From assembly GCA_963693365.1 (NCBI GenBank), contig CAVNZM010000008.1, forward strand, positions 3,687,572 to 3,751,571: a DNA stretch of 64,000 bases, read 5' to 3'. The notes below the pieces were generated by a model. It ran no database searches and was not told the DNA's origin. It was given only the letters and a program-made list of their open reading frames with translations. Below, one piece after another: positions 1 to 17,686 of this stretch (position 1 is the stretch's first letter; every line of letters begins with the position of its first letter). This DNA is from Amoebidium appalachense. Lineage: Eukaryota > Protista > Ichthyosporea. A program made the translations under genes and the position numbers.

Positions 1-102
1 AATATTTTTTTATCCTCAAGTACTATATCACTATGACCCGGGTCTACCTGAATGCAGTGAAACATGCCTTAACTTGGTGTGCTTAACAGCTGCCCCCCCT
101 CC

Positions 103-134
<32 letters not shown>

Positions 135-791
135 ACCACCACCACCACCCCCCTCTGGCGCCCCGCCGCTGCCGCTGCCGCCGTCGAAAACTTCTTTTCC
201 GCTCCCTCGCGTTGCTTGCCAATTTGTTTCTTGGTATCTCTCCCTCCTCCCCTCCCCTCTCATCCCCTTCCCCCCCCTTCCCTCCTCCCCCCTTCCCCCC
301 CCCCCTTCCCCCCCCTTACCCACCCCCAGAAAAAAAACAAAAGAACCCAGCACACAGGCACACAGAGATTCTTAAACACCGCCACCGCCACATCCACCAA
401 AGCCAAACATTCCCCATTTCTACCGACAAACGGACCCCTCCCCCCCCCTCCCCCCTCCTCCCCCCTTCCCCGCCGGGAAACTATGAATGTACCCATACAC
501 GCTACTACCCTATATATGCAAGCGCTGTCCCTCCCCCCCCCCCCCCCCCCCCCCCCCCCCCGCCACGCCTTCCCTCCAGTTTTTGCTCTTCCCCGCCAAA
601 ACTTAACAACACATCCTCTGTAGTCATGATATGGCAACTCGAACCACAAGTAAATACCCCCCCCTCCCCCCCCCCCTCCCCCCTTTTCCCCTCCCTTCCT
701 CTTCCCGCCCCCTCTATCCCTCGGTTTTTTCAATGGCTTCTCACTCAATTCCTTTCCTCCCCTGTCAAAGTGCTCCCACATTCGGGGGGAA

Positions 792-822
<31 letters not shown>

Positions 823-927
823 CTGAGGGGCAGCTAGCACTGAGGGCAGAACACATGTGCACACCATCAATATCAGAGCAAGATTACTCCGGTCTACTGC
901 ATGGTGGGGAAGTCGGAGGAGAAGGAA

Positions 928-964
<37 letters not shown>

Positions 965-1574
965 GTTCCGGGAGGTTGGCTTATAGCTTCAATGTAATTA
1001 GTTTTGCAGCACACTGGCCCCACAGATGTTCATCGGACGATACCCACCTCGCCTCTGATTGGACAAAACACGATCTGATGACGTAAAAATGACGTGTAAT
1101 CAGGGGGAGAGCGATTCTATCCCCAAGGCTTAGTGACATAAAGGGGCCGTTAGGCCCCGCTAGCGGGGTGTTGGGGGGGCGGCAGCCCCCCCATTTCGGG
1201 CCCAGACACACATGGGGTTATGGTTATTGGGTTTATGTTTTTATTTTGGTGAAATAATATCAAATATATTGTGTGTAAACGGTTTACGCGATGTGATCTC
1301 CCTATACCTAGGGCTTTCGTTGGTGAACCTACCTCCACTGGCCCAAGGTGAAAGTTGATACACAGCAGCAGGGGTGAGTGTGCCCACCACATATGCACCA
1401 GTATATGTTGGCGGCATAATCAACCAATTGCAAGGAAAGAAAGATAATATATTCAGGTGGCGATCGCGATGTGAGCGTGTTTCTTTATTTTTGGCCTTTT
1501 TCGCACGGGAGGCCGGGGGAAGGGGGGGAGAGGGGAACGGGGGAAGGAGAGGGGGAAAGGGGGGCAGGGGGAGT

Positions 1575-1606
<32 letters not shown>

Positions 1607-1906
1607 GGAGGTGAGGGGGGGTATCTCAAACTCGCAAATTTCGCTAAAAGAGTAGCCACGTACATATTCATAACGAACATGGAATTCAGGGTGCAAACCA
1701 CATATACGCATGAACATAATGAAGAAAAGGAAGAGCCCATCCTCAGGGGGCCCAAGTCATGAAGAAGGGACTGTGTGAGTGTGAGTGTGAGTGTGAGTGT
1801 GAGTGTGAGTGTGAGTGTGAGTGTGAGTGTGTGAGTGAGTGAGTGAGTGAGTGAGTGAGTGAGTGAGTGAGTGAGTGAGTGAGTGAGTGAGTGAGTGAGT
1901 GAGTGT

Positions 1907-1937
<31 letters not shown>

Positions 1938-2681
1938 GGGGGGGGATGCTAATTTGACACATGTATTTTGCACACGTGCGGATTCGGGTTCCTTGGAAAA
2001 AATACCAAATCAGTCGGAGCTACCTCAAAAAGGTCACAAGCTCGGTTATTCTTACAAACTCTTAATCAGGAACTAATTGGCCATATACAATAGGCTAATC
2101 TTATAGATGCTCACCTAAACCGCTCCTTTCGATCGGATACGTGATACACGAAATGCAAAATTCTAGCTAATGCCGGTCGTTTATACACCGGACAGATTCC
2201 TTTGTGACATTTTAACGTCAACTAAATTACTGTCATACCAAGTGCTAAAGATGTTGTTAAACTGAACACACCGTTATGTCTAAACATTGCAAACTAAAGC
2301 TTCACTTCAATCATCGGACTCAAAATGTTCATTATCATCATAATTCGTTGTGTATCTTACGGCGCTTACTTAAGGATTGTTGTTGTCGTTGTGTGTGTGT
2401 ATGTGTACGTGTGCGCACGTGCATGTTTGCTTGTATGCATGTATGATAGCAGGTGTGTGTGCAAATATGAGCGAGTGGGTGTGAGTATGCGTGTCATTGC
2501 CAATGTGTGCCAGTACATTCGTGCCTTTGTGTCCCAACATAACCAACCCCTCGTATCCCTCGAGGCATTTCCGAAGCCAGGATCTAAAGAAACATGTGGG
2601 TTCCTAAGGAAATACAAAAACAAAAAAAAAAGAATAATAAAAATAGAGGGAGAAATAAATAAATAAAATAAAACAACACGT

Positions 2682-6798
<4,117 letters not shown>

Positions 6799-7377
6799 TA
6801 GGGTGTGCTTTTTCTCTGTTACTTCGGAGGATGATTGCAAACAGGTCTCGGAAAAAATTGCCCCTCATGCTAGTGTGACGGGAAGCGTTGGCAACTGTAA
6901 GAAGCGTGCTTATTTGAAGGACTTTTGGTAGTATTCAATACACATGTGTTGCAAGGAGAGCTCGAATAAGGGCTTTGACGTGGAAAGCAAATGCCAACAA
7001 ACAACCACTCGCGCTGTTTCAGTGGATCAAAAAAAAAAAAATGTTAACAATGAATACGAGCAGGCACAACTTGAACTGCTGTAAGCTCACCAAAGAAAAA
7101 AGAATTCAACATCACCTATTCTGAGTCCGTTTCTGACACGCCCACGCCATTTCATGGCAAGACACCGTGCTGCACCGGGGAATAACGTGAAAGCCTGCAG
7201 CGGGTTTCTTTTGTTTTCAAAACAGCTGATGACTATAAAAAATACATATCAGATCTTGGCCTTGTGAGTTATTTTGTGGTGACGTCGGGGGTAGAGGGAG
7301 ACCGTGGAGGCGTATTCGGGTCGATCACGGGGAAATAGTGTCACTATCAAAAGGTAAAGAAAACTAATAAACTTTAA

Positions 7378-8825
7378 CCCTGGCCTTTGCATATTCTCTG
7401 GAGCTCCGGTACATATTCCTATCTTTTGCTTTTATGCTTGTTTTAATAATTTAGGCTTTAAAATTTTTGTCAGTCGCCGGGCGCACTGAAGGCTCCCTTG
7501 GTGCCTGGCAGGAATTTTCGAGCCATTAGAATGATTACATGTTATGGTCAATGTGCAAAGTTTCCGAAATGTGGTGGGTTGTGCTGCATAAAAAAGCTTA
7601 AAACCAATAAATTGTATTTATTTATTTTTACAAAAAAGCAAGTCCTGGTTATGCTAAGGTTTTTCTTCACAGCAATAAAACAATCCGAGCGAAATTTCCC
7701 GAATTCCCGGGCCCGGGGAGGTGCGCCCCTGTCAGGAGGGACCCTGGAACGTGCAATGCCGTTTTTTGGTTGGCGGATCTGCCAGTGCATATACAGCCAA
7801 TCACGAACAATCTTTTTTGGGTAGTATAGTAGGCAGTGCCGCCATCCGCAACAGTGCGTTTCAATGATGTGACTCTAGAGATTTTGTTTCATTCATATAA
7901 AGTTTTTTCCTTTGAATTATTCAAATCTCTTGGCTCGTTGGTGATTTCCATCGCTCATTCACTAGAAGGCTTGCGCGCAATCCCCCATCTTACCATTGTG
8001 CGCATTTTTGGCGCAAAAATCGCTGCAGAGCCTGCAGCAAATCCCCACCGGTCGGGAGGTACGTTGTACTTGTTGCCTAGCATGTGCACATGTCACTAGC
8101 TGCATTTGATTGGCTGCGCTGGAAAACGCAGTAGGCCGTCGAGCCGTGTGGCTGCCTGCTGGGCCACCGACGCAATAAAAAGTGTGTAAAATTGAAATTG
8201 AAATGCGTAACCATGGCTTATAGCCTAGTACTATATAATGAAAAAGAAAAAGAAATATATAATATATAATTTCATCACCAACCTTCCTCAATATCCAATA
8301 TAGGCCCCAAATTTATGTCTCTAGCCAGAGGCTCACTGTTTTCGAGGAGCGGAACTCGGATTTAATGATTTTTTTTGGGGAAGTCTCCTGCTGGGGAGGT
8401 ATGCGACTCTGCATACCAGCATTCTTTTGTTTGTGCAGAACGTACACGTGATTGGCTTTTCGGGTTGCATAGTGGATCCCCCAAACCTCACACGTGTGGG
8501 GCGAGTCGTATGTGTGTAATAGCGGATTTGCGATTTTCTAGTTTCAACATTTAGGCCACGTAAAATTCCGTTACAGACATAGGACTGCATGTGGATCTAC
8601 AAATAGTAAAAATCAATAACCTCAAGCTAAATATGGGTATTTTGGTATAACGAGGCTCCATTTCCGTAGCTATTAGTTACATACTGTTACACACATATGG
8701 AAACGGGGTCGAAAATTCGGGAGCGCACCTGCAGGTACGGACATACGATCCCCAATTAGAAGTGTTTGGGGATCCGAATTGTTAGACGACCAATAGGAAT
8801 GCTTTCACTGTTTACCTGGCCAGGG
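7378..8825. mobile_element. Possible degenerate non-autonomous piggyBac-like DNA transposon
   Basis: ttaa|ccctggcc at 7374-7385 and ggccaggg|ttcg at 8818-8829 are inverted. The interior is microsatellite-free and has no credible ORF. The match is short and the right TTAA is not intact. Confidence 0.25.
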
Positions 8826-10127
8826 TTCGAATTCTGTTTTTGAAACTTTGGGGTAGGCAACTATTTTGGGTTTCGCGATCGCCAAAAAAACTTTTTCTTT
8901 TGACTCGGTTTTATTGGGTTTACACACTTTTATTGATCCGTTGATGAAGGCAACGTGCAGCCACAGGCTACATAACTGTCGAATAGAACTGAAAAAGCCA
9001 AAGCTACGAAATAAAAATAAAGCGACAAGTGACAAAGGACACCAGCGGGCAAAACCTTAAGTGTACGTGTATGCGTGAAACTAGTTTGCTCCAACTAGTC
9101 ATATGCATCGATGTTGACCAGACCACACCGTGACTCCGCCGCGGTCAAGAAGACATCATTACTGCTGCTTCACAACAGGCCCCCCTCAAAACCTACCGAG
9201 GCACAGCAAGCAAGTCAGCCTCTAAAAGAGCAATGCAGACCAAATCTGAGCTAAAAAACAATCCCAACGGGCCCGGCCCCTAGATAACCCGGAGAAACTG
9301 CATCTAGTTCCCTGATAAGGTGGCCTACTGTAGTTGTGGCAGGACAGACAGAAAAAAAAAATTACAGAATGCATGCAAGCGAACCCAGTCATTGCCATAC
9401 GACTGGAGGCTAAGGACTGGCAGTCACTTGGAAAGCTCCCCGACGACCAAGTACTAGTAGCCGCCCCTCCAGTCACGCAGCGCAGATTCTGAAGTAGCTG
9501 AAGAAGTTGCAGCAGCCCACCGCCAATAGGTCGCGTAGAAGCGTAGACAGCGTGTAGAAGTTACCATAGGTTGCAGTGGACCACCAGGCGTTGAAGAAAC
9601 CACTTCTCAAGCGAGAAACTCCGCGAAAGGGAGATGCCCCCACACTCTCACAGCAATACTAGAAGAATACACCATGCACACCAGGCCACACCACACACAT
9701 GCTGCAGTCACGTTCCCCTGAGTGGGACTCCCCCGGCGGGCCTCCCACCACAAAAAGAAGAAACGAAAGCCTTTATATACCTGCCATGGTGAAGAATCGG
9801 GAAAAAAAGTTGACGTGACAGCTAAGAGATCGAAGTGAAAGTGAAGTCTTGGGGAAAGCGTTTGGGAAAATCCTGGGCGTGCACAGAAACATAAACAGAC
9901 ACGGCCCTCCTCCCCGCCCCCCCGCCCCAGTGACCTGCTGTAGTGGCCACTCACCACCCCCAATCCCCCCCCCCCCCCCCCCCCCCCCGGCGGCCCGGCC
10001 CCCCCCGGCGCGTACGTATTCCTCCCCTCGAGCGCTAGCTCCCCCCGGCCGTAGTGATGTTACGTAGGCACCTCGGCACCAATATTCACCACAGTCCACT
10101 TCTCCACTCGAATCCCCCTCCTCTACC

Positions 10128-10158
<31 letters not shown>

Positions 10159-10543
10159 ACACACACACATTCTCCCCGGGCCTCCCATTTCCCCCTCCCT
10201 CCCTCCCCCCGGAGGGGCCCCCTCCCCCCCCATGATGTGCACCCCCATTCCCCGAAGGTTCTTTGGGAATCCGCGAAAAAAAGTTTGGGAATTTCCCAAA
10301 CGGTTTTTGGGAATTGCGATCCCTGTATCTGCGGGGCGGCATGGGCCCGGGCAGGGTGTGAACTTTTTTGGCTGGTGCCACGTGGCTGGCCCTACATTAT
10401 TAAAAACGCGGCTCGTGGCTGGGCCAATCAAGGCGAAGCGATTGCTTTTTTGTTCGACTGACGTCATCGAGGGCCGAGCAAACTGTTTGATTGGCCGACG
10501 TGTTCTCAATAGTGCGACGTCAGACGGGCACGTGTGCCCACAA

Positions 10544-10853
10544 ATGCGAGCGAACCGAGCCTACATGTAAAAAAAAAATAATTAAAAAATAGCAAACCTG
10601 CCCTCAAAATGCGAGCGAAGCGAGCCTACATGTATAAGAAATTAGCAAACTTGCCCCCCAAATGCGAGCGAAGCGAGCCTAAACGTAAAAAAATAGTCAG
10701 GATATCGATGAGACCCCCCAAATGCGAGCGAAGCGAGCCAGGCGCATAACACTGGTGGCGGCGGACCGGGCCACTGGTGATGGGACTGCGGTTCGCAGCC
10801 GCTCCTGATCCTTCAAGGGCCCCGGAATGCAAGGGCCGTTTCCTGTATTATAT

Positions 10854-10931
<78 letters not shown>

Positions 10932-11185
10932 TTCCCCCCGCAAGATGCGAGCGAAGCGAGCCTACCGTAAAAAAAATTGTGAACTTGCCCCACAAAATGC
11001 GAGCGAAGCGAGCCTACACGTAAAAAGATAGTCAGGATATCGATGCCCCCTAAAATGCGAGCGAAGCGAGCCAACATGTACATGTATGTATAAAATAGCA
11101 AACGGCCTAGCGGGCCCCCCGGGCCGGGCCGGGCCCGGGCCGGACTGGGCCGGCTGCACGTGGCCCGATGCGAGCGAAGCGAGCC
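10544..11185 (+). repeat. Array of 8 copies of ATGCGAGCGAAGCGAGCC with related A-rich spacers, interrupted by a ~77-nt C run
   Basis: Copies start at 10544 (1 mismatch), 10609, 10662, 10722, 10945, 10997, 11055 and 11168. Spacers share tagcaaac and tagtcaggatatcgatg. Confidence 0.85.
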
Positions 11186-12174
11186 TAGCAATCGCAGCGG
11201 GCAGCTTGCTACAAATTGTAGTGTCCCTGGCCATGGGAGGAAAATCGATCGCGGCCATGGCTAGAAGACGGGTTTTTCCAATACGATCGACCGATTCCGC
11301 CGCTGGCGGCGGCCAAACCCAGCGCATTTGGCCGCGGACAAATTTTCTGCCAACTTTGCTTGCGCTTTGCACCCTTTCTCCTTACTTTTTCTCAAACAAA
11401 AAGAGCTTTCCTTATGTGCAAGAGCCTTGTTCCCTGTTATTCTGGCCCCTACACTTTTGAATGGTGGTGATGTGTGTGGAATGTGGCTCCGAGAAGCCTT
11501 CCCTTTTCGCTCTCTCCCTTGCGAGCTCCCTTATCCAGCCCCTGTGACCATGACTGCTTTTCCTGTCTGGAGGTACTCTTGAGCACCAGAAAGGCTGTGT
11601 ACTTTACACAATGGAGCTCGTGTTTGAAGCTCTTTAGCATAGAAACACACATGGATCGTGCATGGATCGTGTTCCATTGCACAGAAATGCTGTTTGTAAG
11701 GTCAGTGCTCCCCACTGTGAACAAGATCTGCCACAGTAGTCTGCACCTGAGCGAGCTGACGTTGTTTAAAGACGAGCTCAGCCACTCAGTACGTATATTA
11801 AGCCTTCGTGAGGTAACAAGAGCCCCACATATGCTGTTGTTTCACTGCAACTTTCGAAGTTTGTGGCGCTCAGCGGTTACCAGACTTAGACCTTGCCTAC
11901 AGTCTCTGCTGCACATGCCAAGCCAGTCACTGAGTGTGCAATGAATAAAAGAGGCTCTAAATGTCCCACACATGCTTTATACTTGAGTAAAAGCAAGCAT
12001 GAAAGGTTCTGGCAACAGCGCTTGGAACAGTGAAGCGAGGAAGCACAGTTGCAGTTCGACGCACGCCGTCGCGGCCACCGCGCCAAGTATGATAAAATCG
12101 ATCGATCTGATAGAGTGCCAAATTCTAAGTCTAGAAGCGGTGTTTTGCTAGTCACTTTGAGTGCTGTCTCCATG

Positions 12175-12297
12175 CTAACACGTATTGACGTGTTGCCGCA
12201 CGTGCGACGTTATACATCTACTCAGGCGGCTTTTAAGTATAAAAAAAAATATATAAAAAAAAATAAGAAAGGAGACACCGCCTCAGTAGGTGGTAGG
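12175..12297 (+). repeat. Dispersed repeat family B, copy 1 (palindrome plus internal inverted repeat)
   Basis: ctaacacgtattgacgtgttgccgcacgtgcgacgtt...ctactcaggcgg-(A-rich)-ggagacaccgcctcagtaggtggtagg. A near-identical reverse complement lies at 31369-31494. Confidence 0.8.
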
Positions 12298-13084
12298 TCT
12301 CCCTGCGGCTCTCTAACATACCTTGTATGTTGCCGCAGGCGACAGTCACTAGACAAAGTTGGATCGCGCGTAATCGGATCTGGTTTTACAAGCACTGGTT
12401 GGTTAAAAGTCACGCTAATTACTCAATATGAAATGAGGTTTGAAAGGCTTTTGGCGGGAATACCAGGAGGAGATATGATTGGGTTTGGATGTCCCAATCT
12501 CTAAGCGAAGCAAAAATGCCCAACAATGAACAAGGCGGCGCTTTTCAGTCTAGGACTCTAGGTAGGCAACAACGTGGGAAACGTAACTTGGAGTTAGGCA
12601 TGTTTGAATGTCGGAGAATCGAATATAGCGCAATAACTTCTGGCTTTATTGTGCGCGGCTTGCTTGTGCTTCCACGCGAATTCAATGTTCCTTTCCGCGG
12701 CCTCCCCACTTCATATGACATGCTTCAACTTCTCAAATGCACAACTTAAATCACTTGGTGACTGACTGACTTCAGTGTATCCAAGCCAAGAATCTTAGGG
12801 GATGCAAGCAGATGGAGCAAACACATTAGTATTAATATAATCCTGTGCACATATTTGATACGAAAGTTGGAACACAGAGACGTGAGTGCAGTGCTCGCCG
12901 TACGCGTCACCTTGACCTTGTTTGTGCCAAAAATAAAAATCCATATCTTAAAATTATGTGCACACCTGAAATCTCCATCCAGATCTATATAGTGTACACA
13001 ACACCTCCCCCTTCCCCTCCCCTCCCCGCGCCTCCCCCCCCCCCCCCCCCCCCCGTTCCTCGCCCCCCTCCCTCCCCCTCCCTC

Positions 13085-13120
<36 letters not shown>

Positions 13121-13434
13121 CACACACACACCACATTCACCAAAATACAAATGCACACACACACACTCCATCGTCGATCCACCCAGCAAGACAATGCAAT
13201 TGCCGTATCGTTACGTACGCGAGAAAGGGCGTCGACGGCTCTGCAAGCGGGGCAGCTGTCGAGTGATCTGGACGAGGAAGGGGAGAGGGAGGTGCGGGAG
13301 GCACGGGCGGGGGGAGGGGGAGGAGGGGAGGAGGAGGGGGGGGAGGGAGGGGAGGGGGGGGGGTTGTTGCAAGCACCAAGCATGGTATTGGTGACACAGC
13401 ATACACACGGTCTGTCTGGAAGGAGGGAACCCTA

Positions 13435-13470
<36 letters not shown>

Positions 13471-14577
13471 AGCACATGCCAGCATGGATCTCTCATTTCT
13501 CTCGTATGCGCACGCACCAGGCTATATCATGATTTATCCATTGCCCGCTAACAGCACCATCCACATGGCTTATTTACAAAATGTTACAGATTCGATGTTA
13601 AGCAATTGCTCGTGAAGCATCATTGCCTATTATATGGCTGCCAATATCATTCGCCCGTCTTGTGTGAGCAATGGCTCTGGGCTTATCCCCGACCAATTCA
13701 TTCGTGCTACCCACTGCAACGACCCAGTCACACAGAGCGCACCCACTTGCGGCATTCCCATACTATGATACAACTATATCTATCTACAAATATGCAAAGA
13801 CATTTGCTTGCTTACATATATTTACAATACGATACCTTCCTAAGTTTACGGTTGCATACATGCTGCCCGGGCAAGAACTCGTTGTGACTTGGCTGGAGAC
13901 CACGTGTTGTTGCTAGTTGATTGTGCGTTGGTCCTGCACATCAGATGCCCGATTCAGTTATCTGGAGGAAGGTGCGTGCTTTGTAGGGGCGGTGTGTGTG
14001 CATATGTTTTTGTGCATATGTTTTTGTGTGTAAGCATGCATGTGCGCATGTACCTGTGTGCGTGTGTGTGCGCGCTCGTGTGCAACAATGTGTGTGTGTG
14101 TGTGTGTGTGCAGGTGTGTGCCAGCGTGTGTGCGCGCGCGCGCGTGTGTGGGTATGTGTGTGTGTGTGCGTGTGGGTGGGTGGGTAGGTGTGGGCGGGTG
14201 GGTGATGGGGTGGATGGAGGCAGTAGGGGATAGAAGAGTGTTCAGATGGGTGGGTGTGGGGGGGACAGGGAGGGGGGGGGGGGGGGGGAGAGAGGGTTAG
14301 AAGAGTGTCTCGTAAAGTGAGCGGGGTGTGTTTCGTGTGTGTGTGTGTGTGTGTTGGAGGGGGGGGGGGGGTTTCATAGTTAACACGGGCTTTATTGCAA
14401 AGAAGTAGGGGGGCGCGGGGTGGGGATGGACGTGAAAGATTTGGTAGGGACTCACGGTTGGGTGGTTGGGTTGGGGAACGGGTTGGTGGGTAGCTGTGGA
14501 AGTTAGGTGGTGGTGGTGTGTGTGTGTAGTATGGAGGGGGGGGGGGGGGGGGGGGGGGGGATAGAAGAACGTCCTCG

Positions 14578-14668
<91 letters not shown>

Positions 14669-14908
14669 GGGGTTTCGGGTAGGTTGGTGGTTGGGGGAAC
14701 GGGCTGGTGGGTAGGTGAGTGGGTGGGGTGGGGGAAGGGGGGACAGAGAGTGTCTCGATGGGTGTGTGGATGGGGGTGTGGGGTGTGTGTGTGTTGGGGG
14801 GGGGGGGGGGGGTCCGGAGAAGGGAACCGTGATGGAATGGGGTGGAGGTGGGGGAGGGGAAGAATGGGTGGGGAAATGGGACACCCGTGTGTAGGTCGGT
14901 GGATGGAT

Positions 14909-14941
<33 letters not shown>

Positions 14942-15039
14942 GAAACGGGGTGGGATATTGGGTGGGTGGATGGGGGTTCTATTGCGTTGCAGAGTAAGAA
15001 GTACACATTCACAACCGACAAGCAATGCAGATTGGAAAC

Positions 15040-15135
15040 CACACAGAAAGAGTATTTAAACTAAGCAGAGCCCATCCTCAGGGAGGGCCCAAGTCACACA
15101 CAGTACCCCGGAGTTTCGACCAATCCACCCCGTGT
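15040..15135 (-). repeat. Dispersed repeat family A, partial copy
   Basis: aagcagagcccatcctcagggagggcccaagtca...gagtttcgacc is shared with ~1733, ~39870, ~46890 and ~61825. Confidence 0.75.
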
Positions 15136-15291
15136 CGTGGGGGTACAACATGGGGTGGGGGATTGTGTGTGTAGGTGGTTGGGGGAACGGGTGGCTAATT
15201 AGGTGGGCAGATGGGTGGGTGGGTGGGTGGGGGGGGGAGGGGGGGGGGGCGGGGAAGGAGAGAGGGGGGGGGGGGGGGGGGAGAGAGAGGG

Positions 15292-15491
<200 letters not shown>

Positions 15492-15660
15492 TGTGTGTGT
15501 GTGTGAGAGAAAGAGAGAGAGAGATAGAGATACATGCATGCATGGGGTGGGAAGGTTTCTGCTATTTAACTGATCATGGATCATGCATGTTCGGGCAGTG
15601 GCCTTTCCCTGGTACCGGTCAAACGAACCCTCCATCCCTCCCCCCCCCCCTCCCCCACAA

Positions 15661-16302
15661 AGGACCTAACCACATCGGCAGAGTCAACTTGCAAAAAGCA
15701 GAATTATTCTGCAAAAACGGAATTATTCTGCAAAAGCGGAATTATTCTGCAAAAAGCAGAATTATTCTGCAAGAAGCAGAAATTATTCTGCAAAAAGCAG
15801 AATTATTCTGCAAAAGCAGAATCACTCTGCTTTTAGCAGAATTATTCTGCAAATGCAGAATCACTCTCAGTTTTAGCAGAATCACTCTGCTTTTAGCATA
15901 ATTATTCTGCTTTTAGCAGAATTATTCCGCAAAAAGCAGAATCATTCTGCTTTCGACAGCAGAATCATTCTGCTCTCGACAGCAGAATAATTCTGCTTTT
16001 AGCAGAATATTTCTGCTTTTAGCAGATTGATTCTGCTTTTAGCAGACTGATTCTGCTTTTAGCAGATTGATTCTGCTTTTAGCAGACTGATTCTGCTTTT
16101 AGCAGATTGATTCTGCTGTTTGCAGAGTGATTCTGCTTTTAGCAGATTGATTCTGCTTTTGCAGAATAATTCTGCTTTTAGCATATTGATTCTACTTTTG
16201 CAGAATTTTAGCAGAATGATTCTGCTTTTTGCAGAATAAATCTGCTTGTTGCAGAATAATTCTGCTCGGAGCAAGTTGACTCAGCTGATGTGGTTGGGCC
16301 CT
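15661..16302. mobile_element. Foldback/MITE-like element: 32-bp TIRs enclosing ~30 copies of a near-palindromic GCAGAATTATTCTGC unit
   Basis: Left end aggacctaaccacatcggcagagtcaacttgc versus the reverse complement of the right end agggcccaaccacatcagctgagtcaacttgc (28/32 identical). The ~20-bp internal units switch from A- to T-spacers near 15830. Confidence 0.8.
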
Positions 16303-17053
16303 CCACACCCATTTCCCCTTCAGACGGCTCTCTGTTGAACCCCAGCTAGTCTTTTCAAAGTATTCTCCCAAAATTTGTCTTTCACGTGGGCCCGCTCAGT
16401 CTGCCCTTCCCCTCCCCCCCCCCCCCCCCCCCCCTCCCCCGGTCGCCAACCTGATTCCATCCCACCCCGCAAGGCCCCGGCCACCTTTATCTAAATCTAG
16501 ACCACAGTCTCTTCTCTCTCCACACCTCGGACCAAGCTTCCTCTCCCTCAGATATATCTCTCTCTAGTCTCCCCCCCCCCCCCACATCCCCCACTCTCTC
16601 AATCCCTATCCCTCTCTTCTCTCTCTCTCTCTCCTCTTACCAAAACTTTCATGGGAAGGGGGGAGGGGGGAAAGATTTTTTTCTTAAAAACACACGATTT
16701 ATTGTAGAACTGAGCAACATTTCTCAGATATCAGAACTTGGTGTAGCAGAGAGACTCACTGCTGCAAAAGACCGAACTATTCTGCTGATACCGAGCAGCG
16801 ACTAATAAACCTGCTCCATTGGCAAGCAGGATTATTCCGGGCTAGCGGCGGTGTCATGTTGTTTTTAGTGGAAGCGTTCAGAACTCAGTCTGCGCCCACC
16901 CGGGTGAATATGGTTACTAAATGATAAGTAACCGGGAAATTAAAAAGGAGTCATGGTGTATTGGGCAGTCAACGGTCAAACGACAAGTTAGCGGGAGAGG
17001 GGAAGGGGGAGGGAGGGGGATCCGGGGGGAGGGGGGGGGGGGAGAGCCTCGGG

Positions 17054-17206
<153 letters not shown>

Positions 17207-17686
17207 GGGATAGAAGATACAGAGCCTGCCTCCGATGATTCAACTTGAATGCCATTGAAGGTGAATTTCAAAAGAAATATGTTCTACACCTGATACATTT
17301 TTATTATTTTTATTCGTAGCATTGCGGCTACGGTAACCGGGCGAGGCTGCCCAGCAGCAGGCATGGGCCTCACGGCCAACAGCTTAAAATAGATCGAAAT
17401 TGTCAAGATATGAAATTTAAAAGGTGCTCACGTGAGGGGACAGCTCCTAAGTGCTACGTTCACAATCATCTGCCAGGTCACTATCCATCATGTCAACGTA
17501 AGACACCTATCTTACAGTACAATACACGTACTGTGCACACATCGATCATCATTGATTCACACACCTGCAAGTAAAACACGCACACACACACACACGTGAA
17601 CCAAGTTACTACGTCATCTTCAACGCAAAGCTTTATAACACCGCCACATATTTTACGTCCAACGCCGTGCCCCATATCAACGGCCT

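Noticed and set aside
8811-8830. U1 snRNA 5' end (ttacctggc)
   Set aside because: No downstream U1 stem-loops or Sm site are recognisable.
10544-11185. CRISPR array
   Set aside because: The repeat is only 18 bp, spacers are related to each other and irregular, there are no cas genes, and the context is eukaryotic.
11886-12173. MYND/CxC zinc finger (NCASSLHCSKRCCQ)
   Set aside because: Ligand spacing is incomplete and no splice or ORF context supports it.
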